Assembly: GCA_030390025.1 (NCBI GenBank) | Contig: CM059438.1 | Coordinates: forward strand, 62,622,001 to 62,686,000 | DNA from: Squalus acanthias | Taxonomy: Eukaryota | Direction of reading: 5' to 3' | DNA: 64,000 bases | Shown here: positions 36,630-48,500 of the stretch, piece after piece | Position numbering within the stretch: the stretch's first letter is position 1 | How the letters are laid out: each line of letters starts with the position of its first letter | Notes under the pieces: model-generated | Told to the model about the DNA's origin: nothing | The model's database searches: none | The model's input: only the letters and a program-made list of their open reading frames with translations | Made by a program: the position numbers and the translations under genes

Positions 36630-36847
36630 TGAGAAGTCGCACAACACCAGGTTATAGTCCAACAATTTTATTTGAAATCACAAGCTTTTGGAGCTGCTGC
36701 TCCTTCGTCAGGTGAAGACTTCACCTGACGAAGGAGCAGTGCTCCGAAAGCTTGTGATTTCAAATAAAGCTGTTGGACTATAACCTGGTGTTGTGCGACT
36801 TCTGACATTTGTCCACCCCAGTCCAACACCGGCATCTCCACATCATG
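36630..36847 (+). mobile_element. Miniature Penelope hairpin (inverted pLTR, pLTR, tail), 12-bp TSD
   Basis: Fold-back centred on 36718; ACCTTTTAAGAG at 36618-36629 and 36848-36859; same family as the 29.1-30.8 kb element. Confidence 0.9.
36721..36757 (+). ncRNA. Minimal type I hammerhead ribozyme motif
   Basis: TCAC-CTGACGA-A-GGAGC-AGT-GCTCC-GAAA-GC-TT-GTGA; stem I TCAC/GTGA. Confidence 0.8.
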
Positions 36848-37514
36848 ACCTTTTAAGAGGAAATTGGATAAATAGTTGATGCAGAGGAACATACAGGGCT
36901 CTGGGGAGGGCACATGGCAAAGAGCCAGCAAAGATGGGATGGGTAGAATGGTCTCCTTCTGTGCTGCAAACACCTATGGCTCGATGCACGGATTAACACT
37001 GCCTTAACATGATATTGCTGCCATCTTCCAGCAGTCCCAACTCCAGCAGCAGTGTAAGTGAAGGGGCCGTGCTGCAGAATACAATCTCACAAGAGGGGCT
37101 TTCCCTAACCCACAGGTGGCAGCAGAAGTGACACAGCAAGTAAAAGGGTACGCTAGCCTGTTGGTTATGGTACTGGGCGAGCAACCCAGAAAGCCATGAG
37201 TTCCAAATCCCAATCTAGCAAGTCGTGAAACTGAATTCAATGAATCTGGTAAATTATGGGCTGGCAGCAGAAAAATGACTATGAAAGCCGATATTTTGTT
37301 GTAACTGCCTCACGAATGTCCTGCAGGGAGTGACTCCAGTGCCACAACACTTGACCCCCCTAATGCCCTCAAAGTAAGTAGCGATTGTCAATTAATATTG
37401 CCTCGTTAATGTTGTTCACATGACTAACTGAGGAAATACCCACCCTGCACTTGGTGGCTGTTCCACTCCAGGGCTTGAACACATAATCCAAGCTGACACT
37501 CCAGAAACTTACAC

Positions 37515-37805
37515 AATAGCAAAATACTGCGGACGCTGGAAAACTGAAATAACAACAGAAAGCGCTGGAAAAACTCAGCAGGCCAGGCAACATCCGTGGA
37601 GAGAGAAACAGAGTTAACATTTCAGGTCGAAGACCCTTCGTCAGAACTGAGAAAAAAGCAGGAAATGAAACAGATGAAAAAGCAAGTTTGGAGGCTGGGG
37701 GAGGGAATGAAAGAACAAAAGGGAAGGGAAGTGAGAAGTAGAGACATTAAGAGATACTCAAGGCGAGACAAGATGGTAATAGGACAGGTTAAGAAACAAA
37801 AGATG
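37515..37805 (-). mobile_element. Penelope family 2 pLTR fragment with hammerhead motif (37612-37648)
   Basis: Reverse complement AGTT-CTGACGA-AGGGTC-TTC-GACCT-GAAA-TG-TT-AACT; matches 62050-62190. Confidence 0.75.
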
Positions 37806-37807
37806 GC

Positions 37808-38440
37808 TCAGAAACTTAACTGGACCAGCCACATAAATACTGTGGCAACAAGAGCAGGTCAGAGGCTGGGTATTCTGCGGCGAGTGTCTCACCTCCTGAC
37901 TCCCCAAAGCCTTTCCACCATCTACAAGGCACAAGTAAGGAGTGTGATGGAATACTCTCCACTTGCCTGGATGAGTGCAGCTCCAACAACACTCAAGAAG
38001 CTCGACACCATCCAGGACAAAGCAGCCCGCTTGATTGGCACTCCATCCACCACCTTAAACATTCACTCCCTCCACCACCGGCGCACCGTGGCTGCAGTGT
38101 GTACCATCTACAAGATACACTGCAGCAACTCGCCAAGGCTCCTTCGGCACCTCCCAAACCCGCGACCTCTTCCACCTAGAATGGCAAGGGCAGCAGGCGC
38201 ATGGGAACACCACCACCTCCAAGTTACCCTCCAAGTCACACACCATCCTGACTTGGAAGTATATCGCCGTTCCTTCATCGTCGCTGGGTCAAAATCCTGG
38301 AACTCCCTCCCTCACAGCACTGTGGGAGTACCTTCACCACACGGACTGGCTCACCACCAGCTTCTCAAGGGCAATTAGGGATGGGCAATAAATACTGGCC
38401 TTGCCAGCGACACCCACATCCCATGAACGAATTTTTAAAA
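37808..38440 (+). mobile_element. Family B LINE 3' fragment
   Basis: QKLNWTSHINTVATRAGQRLG...; near-identical to 13815-14470. Confidence 0.9.
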
Positions 38441-39185
38441 AGTACTGAGAGAGTGCTGCAGTGTCAGAGGTGCCAAACTTCCAATGAAACATTTTAGCCA
38501 ACGTCTTGTCTGCCTGCCTGCGATAGTTCAGCTGGATGTTGAACATGCTGTGGTGGGTGTATCAATGCATTCCTCCCACAATCAAAATGCACACTGGCTT
38601 CATAATATATATATATATATAAATGTATATCAATGGCGAACTGCCCTCAGAATCACATCTTCAGCAGGAACAGCAATCTCAAGGGGAAGTCACAAGTCAG
38701 TTGAAATGGAAATTGAAAATCGTAACATAAACTTTCTATCACAGAGTTCCTGTATTTGAACCAAAGTGCCGGGAGCTAAAGAAAGGCAGAAAGTCCCTGG
38801 CTTTTGTCCACTTCATTTATTTCAAGTAGGAAACTGACGTTAGCAATGTTAATAATCAAAATACAATGGGATGGCAACTGGTGCTTTTGGAGCAGATCAC
38901 TGGCTGCCATTTTTAACACACAGCCACAACAGAATTACACTGGAGCCTGGTGTTGCAGAATGACAACATTCACATAAACAATTCCTGACATCGGAATTGA
39001 ATGCCAAGGAGACTTGTTAAAAGAGCATTCCAAATGAGACGTGCCAGAATACCAGAACTGAATCATTTACACTGGAGTCACGCATTGCAGGATTCACAAC
39101 CTGATACAGAACAGAGCTAATATAGGGGCTGCGCTGGGTCTGGCGAGGGGAGCGGGGGTAAAGAGATCGTAAAGGTGTAAAAGTG

Positions 39186-40145
39186 TCAGTGGCAGTGCTC
39201 TCGCTTCTGAGTCAGAAGGCTGTGAGTTCAAGCCTCGCTCTAGAGACTTGAGTGCAACATCTAGGCCGACGCTCCAGTGTGATACTGAGGGAGTGCTGCA
39301 CTGTCGGAGGTGCCATCTTTCAGATGAGACGTTAAACCGAGGCCCCGTCTGCCCTCTCAGGTGGATGTAAAAGATCCCATGGCGCTATTTTGAAGAAGAG
39401 CAGGGGGGAGTTATCCCTGGTATCCTGGCCAATATTTATCCCTCAAACAACATCACTTTTTTTTTTTAAACCCGGATTATCTGGTCATTTATCTCATTGC
39501 TGTTTGTGGGATCTTGCTGCATACAAATTGGTTGCGACATTTCCTACCTTATAACAGTGACTACGCTTCAAAAGTACTTAATTGAGGGTACAGTAGCATA
39601 ATGGTTATGTTACTGGACTAGTAATCCAGAGGCCTGGACTAATAATCTCACCACGGCAACTGGGGAATTTAAATTCAGTTAATTAAATAAATCTGGAATT
39701 AAAAGACAGCTAGTATCAGTAATGGTGACCATGAAACTATCGGATTGTCGTAAAAACCCATCTGGTTCACTAATGCCCTTTAGGGAAGGAAATCTGCCGT
39801 CCTTACCTGGTCTGGCCTATATGTGACTCCAGGCCCACAGCAATGTGGTTGACTCTTAACTGCCCTCTGAAATGGCCCAGCAAGCCACTCAGTTGTAACA
39901 AACCGCTACAACAAAATCAGCACTGTGGGAGTACCTTCACCACACGGACTGCAGCGGTTCAAGAAGGCGGCTCACCACCGCCTTCTCAAGGGCAGTTAGG
40001 GATGGGCAATAAACGCCGGCCTTGCCAGCGATGCCCACATCCCATGAACGAATAAATAAACGAAACAAAAAAATGGCTGTAAAGTGCTTTGGAACATCCT
40101 GAGATTAGGAAAGGCGCTATTAAAATTTAAGTTCTTTCTTCTTTC
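39186..40145 (+). mobile_element. DeuSINE interrupted by a family B-tailed SINE
   Basis: Head and Deu core at 39186-39583; tail TGGCTGTAAAGTGCTTTGG resumes at 40074. Confidence 0.8.
39584..40073 (+). mobile_element. tRNA-headed SINE ending in the family B LINE 3' tail
   Basis: A-box-like TAGCATAATGG head, body CTGGTTCACTAATG...GGGAAGGAAA, and last ~150 nt matching 6789-6931. An older relative lies at ~37150-37370. Confidence 0.8.
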
Positions 40146-40507
40146 TATATTTAAAAAAAACTGCCATCCAAGAGCCAACCTCGCTCTCTGTCACAACATT
40201 TCTAATCTCTGCAAGATAAACAGGAAAAACTGAATGCTGGAATCTGAAATGAAACCATAAAATGCTGAAAATACATAGCAGGTCAGTCAGCATCTGTGAA
40301 GAGAAAACACAGTTTATGACACTTCCGATAGGTGCTCTTCATCGAAACTTTCTTTTCTCTCTCTCTCTTTTATCAATACTACAATGGCCATTGTTCCTCT
40401 GAACTTTCCTCTCATGTTCCTCCTGAGCGCCAAATGTCCAACACAACTCTTGCTCCTCCCTGCCTCTTCCATATGTTCAAACCAGCACTCACGTCTCCTA
40501 TCCTAAT

Positions 40508-40692
40508 CTTTTGGCACAAGTCCCCAGATGTTAGTGAGGAGGACTTTGCAGGGTTGACTGGGCTGGATGGGCTTTTGTCGTGTCCGAAGCCGGTGCCTAG
40601 GTCGATGCCGGGTGGTCCGTCCGGTTTTATTCTTCTTACTGTTTTCGCAGCAGTTTGATACAACTGAGTGGCTTGCTCGGCCAATTCAGAGG
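40508..40692 (-). mobile_element. Fragment spanning the SINE-body / family B LINE 5' junction
   Basis: Reverse complement CCTCTGAATTGGCCGAGCAAGCCACTCAGTTGTA...ACTAACATCTGGGGACTTGTGCCAAAA. Confidence 0.8.
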
Positions 40693-40970
40693 AACTGTGA
40701 ATCTGCTAACACTGTTCAGTATTCCCTTCTACCTGCAATCTACAGGCTGTTAAAACACAAGAGTGTATCACAAAGGAGCGTTGGGCACTTTCACTTTCTA
40801 CCACAAAACCATTTGTTTCCACACGGATATCCTGCATTGTGCTTCTACAGCTGTTTATTGCTTTTCTTTTTCATACACCTGTACTGACATATTTCTCATA
40901 CTCTCCACCTCTCTTTTTTCCTTTCGCTCTCTCATTTAGGCATGGGAGAGTTGGCCAGGGATGGTTAAAC

Positions 40971-41555
40971 ATACATAGAAACATAGAAGATAGGAGCAGG
41001 AGTAGGCCATTCGGCCCCTCGAGCCTGCTCCGTCATTCGATGAGATCATGGCTGATCATCCAAACTCAGTACCCTGTCCCTGCTTTCTCCCCATATCCCT
41101 TGATACCTTTAGCTTTAAGAAATATATCTAACTCCTTCTTGAATATATTTAATGACTTGGCCTCAACTACCTTCTGTGGTAGAGAATTCCACAGGTTCAC
41201 CACTCTCTGTGTGAAGAAATTCTTCCTCATTTCTGTCCTAAATGGCTTACCCGTTATCCTTAGATTATGACCCCTGGTTCTGGACTCTCCGACCATCAGG
41301 AACATTCTTCATGCATCTAGTTTGTCCAGACCTGTCAGAATTTTATATGTTTCGATGAGATCCCCTCTCATTCTTCTATACTCCAGCGAGTATAAGCCCA
41401 ATCGACCCAATCTCTCCTCATATGCCATTCCTGCCATCCAGGTATCAACCTTGTGAATCTTCGCTGAACTCCTTCCATGGCAAGAACATCCTTCCTCAGA
41501 TAAGGCGACCAAAACTGCACACAGTACTCAAGGTGTGGTCTCACCAAGGTCCTGT
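40971..41555 (-). mobile_element. CR1 3' fragment
   Basis: LVRPHLEYCVQFW...KGYGEKAGTGY plus tail. Confidence 0.9.
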
Positions 41556-41674
41556 AAAAGGAACAACTTTTATTCACCACAGCAGTGGTTTCACTGAGGC
41601 CAGGCCAACACCACAGATATCGAATAAGCAGAGTTTGGCTTTTTATAGAGAACTGAAAACTCAAAACAGAGAAG

Positions 41675-42040
41675 GTTAAGGGGAGATTTAATGGAGGCGT
41701 TCAAAATTATGAGGGGTTTTGATAGAGTAGATAGGGAGAAACTGTTTCCGCTGGCAGAAGGGTCGATAACCAGAGGACACAGATTTAAGATAGTTGTCTA
41801 AAGAACCAAAGGGGAGATAAGGAGTGGTTTTTTTTTATGCAGCGGGTTGTTATGATCTGGAATGCACTGCCTGAAAGGGCGGTGGAAGCAGATTCAATAG
41901 TAACTTTCAAAAGGGAATTGGATAAATACTGGAAAAGGAAAAATTTGCAGAGCTCTGGGGAAAGAGCAGGGGAGTGGGACTAATTGGAGAGCTCGTTCAA
42001 AGAGCCGGCACAGGCACGATGGACCGAATGGCCTCCTTCT
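41675..42040 (+). mobile_element. CR1 3' fragment
   Basis: RRLRGDLMEAFK...TRGH...WNALPE. Confidence 0.8.
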
Positions 42041-42384
42041 ATGAAATCCCACTTACATACATATCAGGAAGATTTTCAGACTGAGTTCAGAAGATAATTA
42101 TGGATGAGGCTGGCCAGTTCTCCCATATTAGTCCATTCATCCAGAAGCAGCCAACAGTCGTGCCTGGTACTGGTTACCTTTTACTAGTTTGAAGCCATGC
42201 CCTCTTGTCCTACTGCTACAATTAAATTTAAAATAATATTTCGGATCTACCTTTCCCATACCATTCACTATTTTTTACCTCTGACTTTTCTCTTATTTCA
42301 TAGCACTGAAAGAAGACTTTGCTGTTATGTTTTGCCTCTACTGCTATCCTTTTCCTAGATCTTTCTTTCTCCCTCTGATCTCAC

Positions 42385-43696
42385 TGTAAGGTTTCCAAAA
42401 TTTGCAGATCCCCAAAACCTAAGGAAAAAGGACTTTGGAACTACCCAGAGTGATAAAAATGCATTTGGGCCTAACATAAGGAATTTAAGACCAAAAACCA
42501 AGTTTTGGCATTTTAAAAACATGTCTGGGTCTGTAAAGGGAGAAAAGGCTGTGAAGGAAGTTGGGTTCGACCTCTGTAAAAGCAGTTTTTGGGTATTGCA
42601 GTTAATTGCAATGTCTGGGGAACCGGGATGACCTCACTCAAAGCCCCAGCAAGCATTAACATTTTGACAATAGACCCTAGGAGAAGACAATCCCACCCAA
42701 AACAACAGGTCCCATCAAAACCGTTTACAGAACCCATTAAAGACATGCAGAAAGCAAATATTCTATAGAAGTCCTAGACCCAGTCAAGAAACCCAAAACA
42801 TGAGGACAATTCAAACTCCGATTAAACAACAGATCGACAGGATGGAGCTATCCTGAAACCACTTCACACATTTACAAAACCAGTTAACACGCTAGTAAAG
42901 TCGTTACTGTTAACGAGGTCTTACAATGACCGGGATTTGATTTGGGGTAGATAAGGCCACTTCAATTGGGTATAATTAAAGGCCCGTTCTCAACAGTTCT
43001 CCAGTTCAGCAGTTACAACAGTTACAAGTTCGAGTTCTCCAGTAACAACAGTTCAAGTTCAACAGAAGGCAGTTCTGCAGTTTCGAGTTCAATTTGAAAG
43101 CCTGTTTTCAGCAGAAGTGAGTGCTGGAATTACAGAGTTCAGGAGAAGCAAAGAGAAGGCAGTTCCACAGTTCTGCAAGAAGACAGTTTAAACAGAGACA
43201 GAGTTCAACAGAAAGAAGTTCAACAAAGAAGGCCAACAGCTCCAGAAGCAGGCCGACACGCAAGAATGGACCAGGGCGACCGCCTCAGTGACCAACGGAC
43301 ACCTCGCGGCAACAAGGGCCTTACGAAACTTTTTACTCAAAAGTCTCCAAACCCTAACTCTCAACTATCAAGGATTCGTTTGGTGAGCATTATCCCTGGT
43401 TCTCCAGAGCCTAACCTAGCTAGAGAAGTGGGATTGGGAGGGGTGAAGTATTCTTTTAATGTTATTTCCCTCGCTTGTACCAAAGTGTTCCCCACCTTTA
43501 GAGTGTTAAGAGTGTTTGTGTTGTGTTTTACTTTCTTGAATAAAGATCGAAGTTCTTTTCATCAAACTCAGTTGTCTGCTGTACTTTTCATCACAACCCC
43601 CAAATAAGTCCAGGGTCTAGAACCAAGGGAGTGGGAGCGATTCGAACCGCTCAAGAAGTCAGAGGTGAAGCTGACACAAAAACACCACCCCCTACA
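42385..43696 (+). repeat. 5' LTR (1312 bp)
   Basis: TGTAAGG...CCCTACA; TATA-like at 42971; AATAAA at 43539-43544. Confidence 0.93.
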
Positions 43697-43699
43697 TAA

Positions 43700-43717
43700 T
43701 GGCGACCGCGGCACGAG
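43700..43717 (+). promoter_or_regulatory. Primer-binding site, probably tRNA-Arg(UCG)
   Basis: TGGCGACCGCGGCA 3 nt after the LTR; complementary to a vertebrate tRNA-Arg 3' end (...UGCCGCGGUCG-CCA) as recalled, not looked up. Confidence 0.7.
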
Positions 43718-43770
43718 CTTGGCAAAAGGAATGTGATGCAGTGGACACTGTGTTTGAGTAGAGGACCAAG

Positions 43771-45520
43771 ATGGAGGAAAGGATTTCCTCTTATGTGTTC
43801 GAAAAGGTGAACATAACTAAGAAGTGGGTACTCAGTCTGCTACGTGCTGAACGTCCAATAGACGCAGCAGCTAAGTGGACTGAGAGCAAAGACCACAAGA
43901 AATCTGTGGAAAAGGCCATCTGGTTGATATGTTCCCAGCGACAGATACAATTATTGGACAAACGTGCAGAGACACTCAAAGCAGAACTGCAGGAGTCTGC
44001 TCAGCTGTCTCAAGCAAGGGCCCTAGCAGGGGAAACATTACTCAGTGAACTAACAGCCTGAGATCAGGAAAAGAGGCAGTTAGTGGAAACGCACAGGAAC
44101 AGTCAAGAGTATTTTCAGTGTCAGGTCACCGAAGCAAAAACCAGTGAACTAGTGTTGAGGGAAGAAAACACCTGCCTTGCCAGGCAAGTAAAGGAACTAG
44201 AGGAGTGGTTAAGAGATGTCCAGGCAGCTGACAAGGTAGCAAGCACAAGGGGGTATGAAGCGGGAGAGCATGGCCCCTGCCAGAAACAAATAGAAAGTTT
44301 GAACCTTGCTCTGTCCAGAGCCAAAGGCATGGTATGCCTGCTAAGCCCGGGTACGGCCCGAGTGGACCTGGAAGTGCAGGGGGAAACTGTTCGAACGCCA
44401 CCTGTGGCGCCGGGGAATGACCCGGTTGGGCAGCAGGAAGGACGGGCGATTTGTGAAGCTGGCAGGGAGTGCACACCACCACCTGTGGTGCCGGGTTTTG
44501 ACTCGGTTTGGCAGCAGGCAAAGGTGGGCGAAACAATGCAGGAGAGGTCGGATCGGGGCCGATGTGCCCGGTCCGGCAGCAAAAGTTTGGCCTACCCGGC
44601 GGTAGTGGGGGTCAAGGACCCCTCAAAAGCCAATTCATGGCTCCCCACGGTACCCAACAGCTTAGGGCTATGATAAGCCACCTGGGCAAACTCACCCAAA
44701 AAGGGGACCCCTCAGTCCACTTCATGGAAGTGGAACAGGCAGCAGGCATCAATGACTGTGATGATGCCGAGATGGCCAAAATGCTCCTGTTCTCACTGGA
44801 CAGCAAAATCTACCAGTCCCTCTCCGCAGAGAGTAAAAGAGGGCAGGGTGGATATGCTGCTATCAGAGAGGAGTTCTGGAGGCCATGGGTATGAACGATG
44901 GTAGTCCTTTCTCCAGGGTGGAGAAGACTACACAGCTAGTAGGGGAAACCCCACAGGCTTTCGCAGACCGACTGTGGCCTGTGTACAGGAGTGCCTGTAA
45001 TGGGGTTCTCGACAGGGCTCACCTGACTCAGGATGAGCTGGCCCACTGGCTCCGAAGTCTGGTGGCAAACAGCTTGCCATGGATCAGAGCCAAGGCCGAG
45101 CTATGGTTTGACCCAAGGGACCCCCGGGGTACCGAAGAGACAGTGGTCAGACAACTGACCCTAGCTTACCGAAACGGTAGGGGGGCAGAAGAGCATCCTC
45201 CCAAGGGGAAGGTGCATGAGATAAAACCCAGCCAGAGTAAGAAACAGTGGCACCAGGAAGGGGGTAACCCTTCCGACACGAAGCGCAACTGTTTCGGGTG
45301 CGGGAAGAGTGGGCATTGGAGGAAGGACTGCAGGAATCCATGGAAGGATAACCTAGGGAAGATTTCCCCAGCCCCTGCCCCAAAAGTAGAAACCCCAACC
45401 TCTCCCCACACGTTAGACTCGGTCGTAGAAGCGATTCGAGCCTTGTTAACTGGCCCAGGAAAGGTAGCCACAGCCACTGGGACAGTGACCCCATCTGCCC
45501 CACCAAACACAGGCTTATGA
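43771..45520 (+). pseudogene. gag: gag (coiled-coil-like N-terminal region, single CCHC knuckle), with a stop and frameshifts
   Basis: ORF pieces 43771-44061, 44083-, 44508- and 44885-45520; CFGCGKSGHWRKDC at 45290-45331. Confidence 0.85.
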
Positions 45521-48500
45521 CTAGAGCCAGCGCAGCCTGTCTACCTGTGTCCCCTGGAGTACGACGCTTGGAAGAGGCCACTTGTTAGGATGGAGGTGGA
45601 AAAGGTGAAAGGGACTTATCTGCTAGATACTGGAGCTTCCAGCACCATAGTCTATTCAGAGAATCCTACAGCCTCACCTCTGTCTAATGGGGTCCCGTAC
45701 AGTTTAGTGGGATTCACAGGTAACAAGCAGGCTGGCTCATTCTCCATTCCGCTGTCCATTCATTTAGGAACACTCCACACCAAGTGGACCTGTGTCCTGA
45801 TGAAATGGGAGAAAGAGGGGACGGGGATCCTGGGGGCCGACTTTATCACAGGCCACAGGATTTTAGTGGATCTGAGGAACCACTGTCTGTGGGGAGCATG
45901 TGTGGGTAGAGAAAGTGAAGTGGCGTCATCCCACGGAAACAGGGCAAGGGAACCTTGTGTACCCTAAAACCAAAGGAAGGTTACGACCTCGAGCAAATGG
46001 TCAGTAACACTCCAGTGGAGTACCAGGCATTTGTGCGAGCACACCTCGCAGCATTTGCCACTCACAAGCATGACTGTGGGAGGGTCAACGGGGTCGAGGT
46101 TAGTGTCAGTGGTACCCCATGACCCGACCACAGAAGCAGTATAACTTCCCCAGAGAGGCGGCAGCAGACATGGAAGCAGCCATGGCTTCCTTAGTAAAGC
46201 AGGGGGTGCTGAGACCGATAGCCACCCATGTAAACTCCCCACTGTGGCCGGTTAGAAAACCGGACAACTCCTGGAGGGCCACAGTGGACTATAGGGTACT
46301 CAACCATAACATCCCCGCCTGTGCACCCACGGTAGCAGCCGTTGCCGACCTCATTGGAAGTATCCCAGCATCTGCAACCACCTTCACAGTGCTGGACATT
46401 TCCAACGGGTTTTGGTCCATCCCTTTAAGAAGGGAGGACCAGTACAAGTTCGCCTTCACGTTTAAAGGCCAACAGTACACTTGGAACTGCCTACCCCAGG
46501 GTTTCCACAATAGCCCCAGCACTTTTCACCAATGCATGGCTAATTGTTTGAAGGGCTTCAGCCGGCCCCAGCAGTTGGTACAGTATGTGGATGACCTACT
46601 CCTGTTCACTGATGAAGGAGAGGAACATGGTCCACTACTGGTTGAACTGCTGGAGCTGCTCCGGCAAGAAGGCTTCAAGGTAAACCCTAAAAAGGTACAG
46701 ATCGGCCAACAGGAAGTAAAATTCCTAGGGCTAACTGTGCGCGCAGGGGAAAGGGCCATTGACAGAGCCTAAAGGGAAGCAGTGCAGGAGTTACCAGCCC
46801 CCAACACAGTCACAGGGGTCAGAACCTTTCTAGGACTGACTGGGTACTGCAGAGATTTTATTGAGGATTATGCAGCCACAGCAGCCCCTCTGCTCCGACT
46901 CCTACACAAGGGTGTGGAGTGGGCTTGGGACGAGGGTTGCAAGGCAGCATTTGTAAGGCTCAAAAGGGATCTGCAGACCGCACCAGCTCTAGGGGCAATT
47001 GATGGGGAGAGAGAGTTTTTCCTGGAGGTGGCAGCCAGCGGGGACAGTCTAAGTGCTGTGCTGCTCCAAGAGAGGCACGACAGGCTGAGACCAGTGGTCT
47101 ACTCCTCCAGGATACTCACTGATGTGGAGAAGGGCTACTCCAACTGTGAGAGGCACCTCCTCGCCACTCACTGGGCTGTGAAAAGATCATTGATCTTCAC
47201 AGGCACATCTCCCATCACCCTGCTCACCCATCACACACCCATCCAGATGCTCCTAGATGGGAGAATCAAAGATGGGACAGTGAGCAGTGCCCGTATTGCC
47301 CGCTGGACCCTACTCCTCTCCCAGATGGACCTAAGAGTAAAAGGGCTCTGCGAGCCGAGGCTCGCAGCCAACCTAATTTGCCCAGGGAACGGCCACCGGT
47401 GTTCCATTGAAGGGGTATGGGAAGTTAACATAGGTTTTCGGGCCGGGATACACCCCACAGGCCGCAAAATCTATGTGGACGGTTCGAGCACTGTATCTGC
47501 TGGAGAACGACTCACAGGGTGTGGAGTTTATGACCCAGAGGCGGACATTGCCTTGGCCATTAAGCTCCCCAGCACCATGAGTGCCCAGCAGGCTGGACTG
47601 TCTGCGGTGGTGTACGTGGTTACACACCCCGAGAAGTTCCCTACCCCATACGCGATTTGCTTGGACAGCATGTTCGCATGCAATTCGTGTACGGAGTACC
47701 TGGCCATCTGGTCCCGTCGCGGATACACCTCTGCTGATGGGAGACCCCTCACCATAAAGCCCCTGTTGGAGAGAATCATGGCAGCAGTGGGGGAGGAAGG
47801 GAAGGTCTTTATCCATAAGGTAAAGGCCCACTCTAAGAAAGAGCCCAAGTGGGAAAACAACCACAAGGCAGACGAGCTGGCCAAACAGGGGGCCAAAGAA
47901 GGGGTATTCTGGGACCCGTACCAAGCGGGTCCAGTAGCAGCAGTCCGGGCCAGGGGAAGCACACAGGGTGTAGCTTTGGCCTCGGACTTAAAACAGGCCC
48001 AAGCCCAGGACACAGTCCTCAAGACTGTCCTGAACAGGCTTGAAAAAGGGGAGAAAGTAGAGGGCCCGTACGGCACAGCAGCCATCACTGTAAAGGAAGG
48101 CATGCTGTTCAGAAGGGAGCAATGGGTAGTGCCGCAGCAGCACTGAAGGGAATTCCTCCAACTGGCCCATGAGGGTCCAGGAGTGGGGCATCCCGGACCA
48201 GAGACCACCTGGCAACGGGTGGAACAGACAGGATGGTGGCCAGGACTCAGGGAAGATGTCCGTGAGTTCTGTGCAGGCTGCCTAGTGTGTGCTGCTAACA
48301 ACCCAGACCCCCAGAAAAGGAAGGTGTCCATGGGACACATCAGGAGGGTAGAGGGACCATGGCAGTCGATCCAGGTCGACTACATCGGGCCCCTACCCAC
48401 CACCCAGGGAGGCTTTAAGTACTGCCTAGTCCTGGTGGATGTGTTCTCAAAGTGGGTAGAAGCATTCCCATGCCGTACGGCTACTGCATTGGGTACGGCC

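Noticed and set aside
37596..38378. 260-aa ORF
   Set aside because: It is a chance fusion of antisense Penelope pLTR and a family B 3' fragment.
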